A DNA stretch of 64,000 nt from Takakia lepidozioides (taxonomy: Eukaryota > Plantae > Bryophyta): assembly GCA_030704615.1 (NCBI GenBank), contig CM060732.1:74524001-74588000 (forward strand). The letters run 5' to 3'. Position numbers and translations under genes: made by a program. The notes beneath the pieces were generated by a model. It worked only from the letters and a program-made list of their open reading frames with translations, made no database searches and had not been told where the DNA came from. Below, piece after piece: positions 1-12,563 of the stretch (position 1 is its first letter; each line of letters opens with the position of its first letter).

Positions 1-2452
1 AGCGTTGACACAGTCTCGCGTCTGATAAGGCAAGAGTTGGATACCAATCCAACTGGAACCACATCTGCAATTGCCATGGGGGCGAGCAAGTCCTTTCTGG
101 AAAGCCGTATTCTGTGTGCATCAAATTCGGTTGGAGGAATACTGGAGGGATCGGCTTTGGACACTGTTATGGACCATTTCTCAACTTTGACTTCTCCAAA
201 CATTAGGAATCAGGTGAACGCTTTAAGAATGGGCTCTGGGAGCCGAGGTTATATGGACAATATTATGGATTTGAAGAAAAGGAGCATGTATGACTACATC
301 CAAGACAGCGTTTTCCCGGGACAAGGAGCCAGGAAAGTGTTCTTGTTCAAAATGTCCACAAAAGGTGAGGGCAGCGGGGTCAGCCTGGTTAAACGTATGC
401 AGAAGGGTGGTGATCTTGGCAACTGCTTCCTTATGTTCGATCATGTCAAGAGGGTTAAAGACTGGACCACAATGGCATGTCATGTTTACGACCCTGTGTA
501 CCAGCGGGTCATGACAATTGCAGTGTGTGACATGCAGTCAGAGGACACAGATTCACAACAGCTCATGTGGGAAGCTCTCATTCGAGTTATGGCCTCCAAT
601 GGTCTCCCATCTCCCAATTTCGTTGGTTTCATGGCCGATAGTGCTCAAGCTAACTTCAACGCTGTCCGCATTGTGTTCGGACGGGAGACCCAAAAGTGCC
701 AATGCCTGGAAGAGAACGTACATGTCTTTTCCATTGGACACAATCCCTGGACAAACACACAAAGACATACATCAAGCCAGATATGCAGACTATGCATCGC
801 CAACTGTGCAACCAGTACAAGGACGCCAAAACTATGGGGGAAGCGAATACATTGTTCCAGACAATTCGTGCCTGGTGGTACTCATCTGGAGCGGCATCGG
901 AGGACAGCATGAGGGCACTGCAAGACTGGTTCGCATTTTGGCACTTCCGTTACCGACAGTGGGGAGCGGCCATGACAACGGTGAGTGGTTTGTATTCACC
1001 TTCGTTTGGGTGCTTCGGATATATCTTTCAGGGTCCAATCCTAATATGGGTTTCTGTTTTTTTCCTTGCAGCATATGTCCATTGAGGAGATGGCGGACAT
1101 GCCTTCTTGCAATCTTGTAGAGACAGTGCACAATGCCTGGTTGCAGCAATCCGACAAAAAAGGGAGAGATTTGTATGCGGCGATGGCCGATGACCTCATT
1201 CGTGCTCTGCAGTAGCAAACCAGATATAGGTCATTCTTGAGGGGTGGCCTTGGTGGCAAAGGTCCGGACAGGAGCAGTTGATGTTGCGGGCAGCTGGAAG
1301 ATCAGGGGATCCCAGCAAAATAGCGCGGGCAGTGAGCATATGTGCAGATGGCACCCCTCTCGTGGGAAGAGTTCCCCATCTGGAAGGCGAAGAGAGATTC
1401 GGGTCTTGCAAACGGAAATTGGACACCCCTCCCGGATCAGATGCAGATTCCCATAGGCCGGACAGGGTGAACTTCTCGACGCCACGTGTTCACTTGGATC
1501 AGAGATAGAATTGCGGAACATCCACAGGTGAGGGCTACTCTGGCCCAGACCGGACCCCTGCATCAAGCATTGTCACTGCAATGGTTGAAGACCACAACGT
1601 GGTGCCGCATATAATCGAGTCCATGGGCTTGGACGAGGTTTGGCATATAGAACGCACAAGTGCTGGATCTCGTGTGAAATGCGCGGCGATCAGGGCCACC
1701 AATCATGAAAAATGTACATCATTAATCTCCAGAGGGAAAGAACGCACTGCAGCTCCTACATTCACGGGTTTGTTTCTCCTTACGGACAAGGCGAGGCAAA
1801 GAACCACAAGTTCTGGTTCTGCGCTGACGATTGTGGGAGATGTGTGCATGGCACAGTGAGGCCTTCCGTGGTAAGGAAGCCTACTCCACCAACCGTGTGG
1901 CCTGTGAAGATGGGCACAGGTCTCACTCACCGAGAGATTGCAATGCTGGAAGAGGCGGGTTTCTCCCTAGCCAGACATTCCATTGCACGTGAAGGTGCTT
2001 CAAGTGGAAGCGGTTCACGGGTACCTCCGCCTGACGCTCACTTGTGGCCAACCAGACGGAACGGGAAGCTTGTTCGACGATTCCCTCCAACCGCAGAACA
2101 CTACGGCAAAATTGAGTCCGCCAGAATGCTTCACGCTCGTGTTGCGGGAACAATGGAAGTGCCTGATCCAGGGTATGGTCGGGTCTTCACCATGATCTCA
2201 TCCGCATCTGCGCTGCAGGACAGGACGTACGAAATCACTGTTTCCAATTTTCCCAATTGTACATGTCCAGATTTTGTTGGTATGCTTTCAAGTAGTTTGG
2301 GAAAGAGAGGGAAGTTCATACCGTGCAAACACCTTTACTTCGTCTTCTTGAGAAGGATGGTTTGTGATCCAAAGCGCGACTTCTTCATTCACCAAGCCAC
2401 TATGAGTTTCAACGAAGTCAACACACTTCTACAGCGGGATACAAGCCCATAA
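1..2452 (+). pseudogene. MULE-like DDE transposase with a Cys-rich insert and C-terminal SWIM zinc finger (frameshifts and stops)
   Basis: Motifs: D1 MFDHVKR, D2 FMADSAQANFNAV, CLFHW (CxxH), E in PSCNLVETVHNAW, SWIM CTCPDF..PCKH ending at the stop at 2452. Phase-0 intron 981-1071 (GTGAGT..TTGCAG). Frameshift near 685, with further stops and frameshifts between about 1210 and 1800. Confidence 0.85.
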
Positions 2453-2637
2453 AAATCGGTGTTTTCCTTGACTACAACTTGTAATGGAATGACTATTCAA
2501 GTCCAGTGACTCTCAATGTATGACGTCAAACATCTTTGCTATGCGTGGGTCAATGCATTTGTCGCATTGGTTTGTCATTCTCTTTTCATTAGCAAACACA
2601 AGAAACTACCTTCAGATAGACAGATGATCAAATCAAC

Positions 2638-2863
2638 CTCGTCTCAACACGAGGTTTACTTGAAGTTCTCCAAATCCTCCTTGTGTTGACACAAGGATGA
2701 TTTTAGTTCTCAGAAAACAACATCGTGTCAACACGAAGTTCATTTTTGTTCCAGGAAAACAACCTTGTGTTAACATGAGGTTTTGTTGAAGTTCTCCAAA
2801 TCCCCCTTGTGTCGACACGAGGTTCATTTCAGTTCTACAAAATGAAGCTCCTGTTAACAGAAG
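2638..2863. repeat. 42-bp tandem array, 6 units, each with a 16-bp palindromic core (CTYGTGTYRACACRAG)
   Basis: Cores start at 2638, 2680, 2722, 2764, 2806 and 2848, an exact 42-bp period. Confidence 0.9.
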
Positions 2864-3106
2864 GTTGAACTCCAGAAGCCCAAAACCCTTCATCCGTTTC
2901 ACCTTCATGTGGTGAAATCAGCAGTTCGGGGCTCCACGGTTATAGGCCCACCTTCTTTGTGGTGACGTGGCATGACCTGGACCAGGCTCACGCCACGTCA
3001 GCATCAGCGCCATGTCAGCAGCGTGAGCGTAGGCTCACGCCACGTCATCATTGTGTGAGCGTACGCTCACACGCTCACGCGCCAGGCTCACGCGGTAGCG
3101 TCATTG

Positions 3107-5675
3107 AGAGCCCGGTGATCCACATAAAACATAAACTTTCTTCCCAATAGGTAATGCCTGAATTTCTTGACTGCATAAATCATTGCCAGTGCTTCTCTTT
3201 CAGTTGTGCTATAGTCCTTTCAGCGCTGTTCATCAACCTGCTAGCATAGTACACAGGTGAATCTATATTTCCTGTAACATTTTGGGCTAACACCGCTCCC
3301 AACGCTTCTCCTGAGGCATCACAGTGAACATGAAATACTACATGCCAGTGAGGGTTAATCAGCCCAGGTGTAGTTGTTACTAACAATGTAAGTTCTTCAA
3401 AAGCCTGTTGACATTCAGCTGTCCATGCAAACACTGCATCTTTCTTCAGAAGCTTGCTCAATGGTGCTGCTATCTGTGCATACCTTTTGACAAATCTTCT
3501 GTAATAACTGGTTTGTCCAAGGAATCTCCTTAGACTCTTAACATTTACTGGTGGTGGAGAGGCTTTAATGGCCTCTGTCTTCCTGGGATCCACAAGAAGT
3601 CCCCTCTTACACACAATGTGTCCCAAAAGCACCCCTGAGTTCACACAGAAAGTACACTTCTCTGGATTCAGGCCCAGACCTGTCATCCTGCATTTGACCA
3701 AACATAACTTCAATTTATGCAAGTGCTCATTCTTAGAGCTGTACACACTAAAATCATCCAAGAACACCTGCATGAAATCATCCAGATACTCATGAAAAGA
3801 TTCACTTATCACTCTCTGAAAGGTTGCTGGTGCATTACAAAGTCCAAAAGGCATGACTTTGTATGCATAATCACCCCAGTCTATGATGAAAGCTGTCTTT
3901 CCCTGGTCTTCTTCTACCACTTGCACTTGATTATAACCACTGAAGCCATCCATGAATGAGTACATCTCATGGCCTGCCACAGTGTCCAACACCGCTTCTG
4001 TGACTGGCAAAGGGAAAGGATCTTTCTTCGTGCAAGCATTCAACTTCTTATAGTTCACGCAAACTCTCAGTTTACCATTCTTCTTGGGAACTATCACAAT
4101 GGATGACAACCAAGTTGTATACTCTATCGGGTATATAAACTTAGCCTCAGCCAACTTCTTGATCTCTTCTCCAACCTTCTGTGCATAGTTGGGATTCATT
4201 CTGTACCTTGCCTGTTTGATTGTTACTGACCCTGGTTCCACTTCAATCTTATGATGACAGATCTCAGGTGGTATCCCTTTTAGATCCTCGTAGCTCCAAG
4301 CAAATACATCTCTGTATTTGATGAACAAACTCTTAGCTTCCTCAAAGAATTCGGGCTCCAAATCAGCCCCTACCTTCACCAACCTCGGTTCCTCTTTAGT
4401 TCCCACATTCACTTCTCTCACCTGCTCATCAGCTGTGATTGTCCAACCAGTCACGACTTCATCCTGTAAACTCACAGTGGCTGGTTCCTCTAAGATTTCC
4501 ATTTCTCCTTCTCTTTCTTCATAGGAATGTGGCGGGTAACTGCTTGTTTCACCTTCAATTGGTGTTGCTATCACCACACCACAGCAGATACCTTTTAAAC
4601 AACTTAGGCCTTCCAGCTGCATCTCTGCAACCTGCTCCCACTCTGGGTGTGCAGCGAACAGGGTAGCTTCCTGCTCCTCATCCAGTCCTCCCCTCCAGTC
4701 ACACTCCCTGACCCCTCGAGGTCTTCTCGTAGCAGGTAATCTACTAGATTTCTTAGTGGTAATTTGTATCTTGTGCATCCCATCATGCACAGTTAGTAAC
4801 TGGGAATTCCAGTCATGGAATACCCTGGCCTGTTTCAGCCACGGACGTCCCAACAATAAGGAGTAAGCTTCCATGACTTCATCCATTTTTAGCACAGTTA
4901 CTGTGATCATAAAGATCATCTTTTGAATCTGTATCTTAACTCCTCTTATCAATCCCAGTGGTTGTACACTTCTTTGATCTGCCATTGATATTGTAAATGG
5001 GGCTGGCTTCATGTTACTTAGACCAAGCTTCTGCCTTAATTGGTCTGTCATGATGTTCACTCCTGAGCCTCCATCTATCAGTACATGAGTTAGTTCTGTG
5101 CTTCCAATTCTCAATTGGATTACTGGCATGGAATCATCAAAGTCCATGAGTGTTTCTTGCCCTTCCGGCTTCACATTATAACTGGTCACCTTGCTGTTCA
5201 GGTCTGTGTTCCCTGTCACATGGGCAATTCGATTGATTGCTTGATACAACCTGTGTCTACAATAAGGTGCCACAGCCAATAGCTGTCCAATGGTAATCTC
5301 CGCTTTGGACTGGCATATTACTTCAGCCAAAATCCCTTCATTACTCTGCATGTCTGCAGCTTCTTTCTTCCCTTCATCCTCACTCACTTCCTCTTCTCTT
5401 TCAGAATCAGAGGAATCTACCATAGGAATATCAGTACTCTTCTGCATTTCCCTTATGGTATCTGCCACTTCCTTGTGCAGTTCCTTCTCATCTCTCCAAG
5501 CCTCATCATCTTCAGGCACATCACTACCATCTTCATTATCATCATCTTCCTCATCTACTGGAGGTATTAGTTTGGCTTTGCTTCTCGTTACTATCATTGT
5601 ACTTACTTCTGGTACAACACATGGCCTAACCATGTGAGCTGCCACCACTGGCCCCTCATTCACAGGAGCTCTCAT
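3107..5675 (-). pseudogene. pol: Gypsy pol: aspartic protease, reverse transcriptase, RNase H (frameshifted near 3215, truncated)
   Basis: Protease LIDGGSGVNIM. RT motifs LRVCVNYKKLN, MDGFSGYNQ, MPFGLCNAPATFQR and FLDD. RNase H HCDAS, continuing in another frame as ALAMIYAVKKFRHYLLG..VDHRAL. Confidence 0.93.
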
Positions 5676-5813
5676 CTCATTCTAGTGTCTGATCCAGAAT
5701 GGACAGGCTGCCTTGCGATGGCCTGCTTGATTACAATAGTAACACAGTTCTTCCCCATTAGGTCCTCGCCCTTGGTCTGTTCTGGAATTGTTTATGTAAT
5801 CCTGATTCCCTGG

Positions 5814-7462
5814 CTAGTAATTCCCTCTTGGATTACCCTGATAGTTGCCTCTGGAATTTCCTTGGTAATTCCCTCTTGAATTACCTCTCCCTTCCATGCC
5901 ATTGTTATAACCAGCAGGCCTACCGTAGTGGTCCTGATCACTGTTTCTTCTTGGCTGGGGCTGCACTTGATGCACCCTTACTTGCCTAGGTTCTCTAACT
6001 GCTGTCCTTCTGTTGTAGTAACAATTCTCAGTAGAATGGTTATCCATTTTACAGATAGTACAGTGTTTCTCCTTCATGTGGCATTCAGTGGTGGTATGGC
6101 CTTCATTCTGGCACTTTGCACACCAAACACCCTTTCTCCAATGTGTTACAGCCTCTGTGGCATACTTCTTCAAGATTTCTTTTAATCTTTTCTCATAGTT
6201 ATCCCTCTTCAACTTCCTCTTACTCTTCCTTTTCAGCTCTTGCTCTTCTTCCTCATCTGACTCATCCTCAGAGTCCTCATCATCCTTTTCTCTCTCCTGA
6301 GCATTCCCAATTGCTCAATTCTGTTCGCTGTTTCAAATGCCTCCTCCACTGTATTATGGGGTAACATATCCACTTTCTTTTGCAACTCTGGTCTTAGTCC
6401 ACTCACAAACCAAGTCTTCTGTAAACCTGGAGCTGGTACAGCAGCCAGCTTTTTCATCATCAATTCCATTTTTTCCATATACTCCTCAACAGTTTCATGC
6501 TTCTTTTGCTTTAACTGTTGTAAACTTCCATACACTTCATCCTCAGTTTTACTTGTCCTGAACCTATTTCGGAATGCTGTATTCAAGCCATTCCACGTTA
6601 GGAAATGATTATCAGGGAATCTTGCATACCATTCACTTGCTTTCTTGATAAGTGAACAAGGAAACAATCTCATCTTGGCATCATCGCCATTCTCATTGTT
6701 CACAATACACATGTGCTCAAATTGGCTAATGTGTACATCAGGATCCCCTTTTCCTGAATATATTGGAAAAGGTGGTTTTGCCCGTGTTGGTTGTAACGCC
6801 ATCTGTGGCCCTACCTTCTGCCCACTGACAGATGCTGGCCCCCTTGTTGGTACTGGTCCTTGAGGACCTGTTGTAGTTGTGGTGGATCTTCCACCCAGTG
6901 GTGGCCCCTGAGCACTCCCTGCTACCGGCCCCACGATATTCACAATATTCCCAGCTCCAGTTGCACTACTTCCTACACTCCCTGTCCCCCCAGAGCCAAA
7001 TCCAGGTTGCCCGCCTGATCCCCCTGAGCCGACACCTTCGTTGGCCTGTGGTCCAAGTGCTCCACTTGATCCAGGTCCAACGGGTTGGGATGTCCTGGTT
7101 GTAGTCTCAACCTCAGCTGTTGGGTCTACTTCTTCATACTCTTCCTCTTCCAATTTCTTCCCTCCGTTTTCATCCTCCAAGTTCTGCCCTTGGGTTTCTT
7201 CTTCACTCATGTAACTCAAGTGCAATGGTGTTGGAGAGTCTGAACTCTCCGTTGGCTCTGCCACATCCTCTCCTCCTTCTTCACCTTCTGTTTCAGAAAC
7301 TGGAGTTCCTGCTTTTGGTGTTCCATGCCAACTCTTATCAAAGATTTCTGTCAAATCTTTTATCCAGGGATGTACCTCAGCTCTTTCACCTCGTGGTTGA
7401 TCTTCTTCCCGTACCAATTCCCTTAATCTTTCTTGCAAAGAAAAAGAAGGAGTGGCATCCAA
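5814..7462 (-). pseudogene. gag: Gypsy gag with two CCHC zinc knuckles (frameshifted)
   Basis: Retrotransposon gag core YSGKGDPDVHISQFE..LFPCSL..W..L..AF..RF..LKQKKHETVEEY in ORF 6233-7462. Knuckles CAKCQNEGHTTTEC and CTICKMDNHSTENC in ORF 5814-6212, followed by GNSRGNYQ repeats. Confidence 0.88.
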
Positions 7463-7653
7463 CTCTAGTTCTTCCGGTATGGGTGATGTACTCTCTGATC
7501 TTAATGGTGTGAGAGGTCCAGATGATTCCCCTATGTCTATTCCTCTCTCCCAAAGATATAGATAATTAGCTTTCAGATAACTTTATCTTTTTGCTGAATA
7601 TCTCTGGAGTCTAGCTTCTCTTTCATCACTCATGTCCCATGTCTTTCATTTCT

Positions 7654-8210
7654 TTAATGTGGCAATAACCAAAACTCTCTTTTGTAGTATCTCTCGTATA
7701 TGCCTGGGTTTCTTTCAAGCTTCAATGCACCCTTGGCTATACTAGAAGTCTCCGTTACCATATAACCATATGGCAAACAAGTCTGGAAAGCTGTTCTTGG
7801 TGTGAGTTTGATCCACAAAATATCCTTTGGAATCCAATTCTTTACCAATACAAGCTCTTCATGCATATGAGTATAAACATTCACATTCCTTTCCTCCCAG
7901 CCTTCAAACTCTACTCGCTTAATGGATAGCAACGCTATCACATAAACCAGTGTTGGTAACCAACGTGCTCTTCCTTTACAGGCCACCTGAAAAATCTTTA
8001 TCACCCCTTTCTCCAGACCTCACTCAGGGTCAGCATCATGCACTCTCTTAAGAATGTTTTCTTTACAACCGTCTGGCAATTCCAAGAACCTCTGAAAGAA
8101 TTGTTTGGACAATCTTTCCTTCTCAGTTTCACAGGGAATTTGATTCACATCAAATTCTTTAATTCTCCATCCACCATGATCCCACCAGATGCCTGTCACA
8201 TTTGGCTGTT
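7654..8210 (-). pseudogene. Extra ORF between the PBS and gag (unknown protein)
   Basis: ORFs 8020-8349 and 7654-8004 are in the same frame and separated by one stop. They are in a different frame from gag. Confidence 0.45.
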
Positions 8211-8241
8211 CATGACCCAGTTCCCCAGTATGGTCGCCAAA

Positions 8242-9163
8242 TGTCGAACGGCTTTTACTCACCCATCCCTTCGCTATCCGAGGTGGAAACTCCAAGATAG
8301 AAGAGTTGGATATTTCTAAGCACTCAGCCCGCTCAGTACAATCAGACATGACCTACAGCTAGTGAATCATGGTTGTGCTTCCCATTTGTATTCATTCTTG
8401 CCTTCATGTTATCAATTCACCTTATCTGATACTGAAGCATCAGATTGCTTCAGTATCTACTTAATTCCAATTAATCATGCATTCATTTCACAGCTTCACT
8501 CATGTCACTCTACACAGTGTGCTTGTATCGAATAAGTATCAAATTATGATTTATCAGGTATCAGGCCAATGCCATGGTGACTCTAATCTGCCCTACAGTT
8601 TCACTACAGCTTTGCATGTAACAAGCATCTACTGTTCATCTCTCCTCCTTCTCCGTGCTCTCGTTCTTGCTCTCCGCCTGATCTCCTCTCCCACATGACC
8701 AAGAAGCGCTCCCCGTGAAATTGTCCTCTTTCCGTTGCCGCTCCCCTTATCTGCCCGCAAGCTGTTCTAACCACCTAACTAATTAACCGTCATCCCTGAA
8801 GTAACACGTTCCTTCTGCAGATGTCGTTCCCTCACAGTCATTCCCTGCCAATGATAACTGTTCCCCATGTACTGTGACAGGCTGTGTCGGGTTGTGACTG
8901 GCTGTGTCGGCTGTGTCGGGCTGTGACTGGCTGTGTCGGCTGTGCGAAGCTGTGGCGGGCTGGGTTGGGCTGTGTGGGCTGTGACGGGCTGTGTGGGGTT
9001 GTGTGGGCTGTGACGGGCTGTGTAAAGCTGTGTCGGGCTGTGTAACCCCCCTAAAGCCTGCTGCTGCCACCCCTAAGGCTCCTGTTGGTCTCAGTCTGCG
9101 CAAAAATTAAGGGTACCCCACAGAACCCGTAAAAGCGTCTAAGTCCCAAGCAACCCTCTAACA
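8242..9163 (-). repeat. 5' LTR (922 bp) of Gypsy family A, containing a GGCTGTGTCG-type 10-bp minisatellite at about 8875-9045
   Basis: Homologous end to end (reverse complement) to 50973-51959, and adjacent to the PBS. Confidence 0.92.
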
Positions 9164-9552
9164 CTCCCCTCTCGTCTACCTTGACAATGCTGAAGATCCT
9201 CTTACTCGTGCGGAGGTTCACCTCCAACCACAAATAGTCCCCTACAATCCGAACTTTCGATCTAGTGTCCATACGGAATCCCTTCTCCTCTGCTGCACAA
9301 GCAATGACATTCCAAATGCACAGAGGAACCCCCATAGTAACATAATGCGAAGCATATGACTTTGGGGCATTGTCCTTGTACACCATTACAACTCCTTCCA
9401 GCAACACAGACTTCTCCATGCCATCGCCAAACAGAATGTTCGCAACCACGGTGTGTCCCTTCCAGTCGCGGCTGGAGCACTTCGGAGATATCGTGGGGAT
9501 CTTCAATCCATGCCTTCATAAGACTGGCGTTGCTACCTGAATAGTATGCCAT
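9164..9552 (-). pseudogene. 5' part of an unknown ORF interrupted by the Gypsy LTR
   Basis: MAYYSGS.. (ATG 9552) shifts into the frame of ORF 9051-9506 (..YLWLEVNLRTSKRIFSIVKVDERG) and runs into the LTR edge. No recognisable domain. Confidence 0.35.
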
Positions 9553-9889
9553 GACGACCTCAATACGAGATGCAAAGGAACGCAGAAACTCTGGCAGAAA
9601 AAAAAACCCCGCAGATCTCTCTACCGCCCCTCACATATGTGCACAACTCAGCTAAGAGTTGAACAAATAAACCGCGCGAGCACCGTGATACCAAAGACAA
9701 CTGCCATGCCGGGGAAAAGGAAGACGGAACACATGGAACACATGATTTAGCGTAATTAATATATTACCGACATGTTTTAGTACATATTTAGATCGTATTT
9801 AGAACGTATGTGCACTATGGGTTTCTCATATGTTGTTGGAAAGCTAGTTTTATTGTTAACCTCTGAAATTTTCTTACTCATCATGCTTG

Positions 9890-10920
9890 AGTAATAGGAC
9901 AAAACGTTATGGCCAGAAAACAAAGGTGCAACTTGGGCGCGTGCAACTTGTGCCATTTTTTTCTTCTTCATACTTTGACCTGCATAAACATTACCGCTTC
10001 AAAAATGTTGAGTAATATTGCACTATAGGCAATTGTGATATCTTGTTGAAATTGCTAGCTCAATTTTGTGCCACCGGGATTGAGTTACACATCCATGCAG
10101 TCAGACCAAAATATGTTATGGCCACAATACCATACTGCACACTGAACCATTTTCTTTTTCTGCATACTGTGCCCTACAATTACATTATGCCTTATTCCAT
10201 CTTGAGTATTGTTTCATGATGCGATTGTGATTTCGTATTTGAAATGTAGCTTTATTTTCATGCATTGACATATTGTTACACATGGATTCAGTAACATTGG
10301 AAGACGTTATGGCCACCTGAAAGAAGGTGGGGCTTGCTCCCGTTTTTTCTCTTCATAGACCCACCTGCATTTACGTTATGACTTCTGGAATGTTGAGACT
10401 CATAGCACTATAGATGTGTGATATGTTGTTGGAAATCATGCTTTATTCTCCACCTCTGAAACTTTGTTACACATCCTACAAGTAAGATTGGAAGACGTTA
10501 TGGGCAGGTGAGGAAGGTGTAGGTTGGTCCACTTTATTTTTCTTCATACTTTCATCTGCACTTATATTTTGGCTTTTGGAATGTTGAGTACTATTGAATT
10601 ATAGCTTTGTCATATCCTGTTAGAAAGTTTTTTTTTTTTTTTTTTTTTTTAGCGTGGGGATGTTGTTACACATCCGTTGAGGAAGACCAGAAGACGTTAT
10701 GGGCAGAAAACCAAAGTGTAGTTTCGAACACATTGTTTTTTATATACTGTGCCCTGCATTTAGGTTGTGGCTTCTAGAATGATGCCTCTTTCTGCTGTTG
10801 GGGTGTGTAATATCTTCTTTGAAAGCTGGATTTAAATGACACCACAAGACGTTATGGCCAATAAACGGAAGGTGCATCTTGGAGCAATATCATTTTCTTC
10901 AGACTATGGCATGTGTTTAC
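9890..10920. repeat. Diverged tandem array, about 190-200-bp period, 6 units
   Basis: Anchor GACGTTATGG(C/G)CA at about 9903, 10113, 10303, 10494, 10693 and 10848. ATGTTGAG and GTTACACAT motifs recur between anchors. Confidence 0.8.
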
Positions 10921-12563
10921 ATTACGGCTTGCAGCTGGAACAGCCTTCCAGTCTGGAAGGAATAGGGGAAGAAGTCGCATTTTACCTCCCTGGTAGCGAC
11001 ATTTTGTAGATCTGACATGTTGTTACACATGAATTGCATAAGACTACAAAAAGTAGGAGTTAGAAAACCTAGGTGCATCTTTTCAGGATGGTTGCATGTG
11101 CAAGTAAGCTGGGAAGCAATGTGGAAGCAAAATGACAACAGAATACGAGGAATACACCTTCAACATCAATATATGGAAAGATTGATGTCACAATATGTTT
11201 TTGGCATGTACATTGTTGAAACCTAGAAATGAAGCAATCTAGGAAAGCAGAGTGAAAAGAGGTTCAGCATGCTACTGACCAGTCAATCTCTTTGAAATTT
11301 CACTCATAATTAGGCACCTGAACCTCCTGCCTAATCATTCTCTATTTCCAAACACACACACGCATATCCTAGCGAAAGAAGAAGACTGAGTGGTGAAAGT
11401 GATTGCTCCCCCAATGCGGCAAGACACGCAAGAACACCGAGGATGAGTTCTTATGCATATGCAGGAAGGAAGCAAACATGACATGCATCACTCCATCTTC
11501 AATCGTTAGGCAAATGTCACCAGCCCTGGTCCAAGGTCTTTCAGGTCTGGAGCCCCTCTAAAGCAGCCGCATGATGGGGGATGGAAGTTCGTCCAACAGT
11601 TTAATGCTGTCCCAGCCTTCATCCACCCATTGAAACAAGGTAAGAATATGAAAACACTCGTTCTCCTTTGCAGGGTCCAGGCCCAAAGCATGTGGCCCCC
11701 ACTCTTCATTAGGAGCACACAGAAATCTTGATCTGAGAACAACGGTGTTAGGTTGTTTTGCAGCTGCACTGTTGGTGTCGTTGTAAAAGCCAGACCAACC
11801 CACTCTACCGAGGTTAGCTATTTCATGAGCATGAGCGGCATGAGCGGAGTAGTAAGACAATCGGTTTTCATGAGCAGAAGTACAAATTTTGGAAATAAAA
11901 AACATTAAAAACATTATTTTAATGAAATGTGTCAGAAAAAAAAGCCAATATAATATTCATTGTTTGAAGTAGAAATTGTAGTTTTGAGAGCCGTGCTCAT
12001 GATATTTCGTCTTCCGCTCATGCGAATTCGGAGCAACATCTGCAAAAATGGCGCTGAATTTCGCAGTAACAGGGTCTGCAAGTAGAGAAATCGACGACGT
12101 ATTGCGTGGTAATAGGTGTCTCCGCCGAAAAATGGTGCCGAATTTCGCGGTTATAGGTCCCAACATGATTGAAGTGTAAGCCCAAAATTTGGAAATGTGG
12201 CGCTAAATTTCGGTACATGGTGCCGGGCATTGCACAGATGTTGGGCAGTTCTGGGCCATGTAACTGGAAATTCGGCGCCATTTTTCCAGAAATGGCACCC
12301 ACAATTGCAACTGTTGGAACTCAGTTTTCTGGAAGATTTGCAAATTTTTCCTGCCGCCATCTTTGTATTGATTCTGTTTCGACATTGAATTGCCACTGGA
12401 CGTCAACGGATATCCAGCAGTCCATAGTGTTTAAAAGACATCACTTTAATATTGTCTGTCTCATTCTAGGAGTTTTGGGGTGCATTTCATTACACTGCAA
12501 AGCAAATTCTAATGCATCAAAATGCAATTGCAAATATCCATATGGTGGATTCCCTTTGCCCCA

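Larger units (their letters stand above)
1..3106 (+). mobile_element. Mutator-like (DDE + SWIM) DNA transposon, 5' part outside the window, inserted into a Gypsy RNase H domain
   Basis: Transposase relic at 1-2452. Terminus GCTCACGCGGTAGCGTCATTG (3086-3106) matches the reverse complement of the 40075 element's left end at 17/21 positions. GCTCAC/GTGAGC repeats cluster at 2986-3092. The Gypsy RNase H frame (..FYVDHRAL) stops exactly at 3107. Confidence 0.8.
3107..9163 (-). mobile_element. Ty3/Gypsy LTR retrotransposon (non-chromovirus type), 5' half: LTR, PBS, extra ORF, gag, PR, RT, partial RNase H
   Basis: LTR 8242-9163 reads TG..CA on the minus strand. PBS TGGCGACCATACTGGGGA follows at about 8222-8239. 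gag and pol ORFs follow, and the element is cut at 3107 by the DNA transposon. Confidence 0.92.

Noticed and set aside
9164-9180. PPT-like GAGAGGGGAG before the 5' LTR, suggesting a tandem three-LTR structure
   Set aside because: Beyond the purine run, the flank does not match the true pre-LTR sequence at 50900-50970. It is treated as a coincidental target site, though not excluded.
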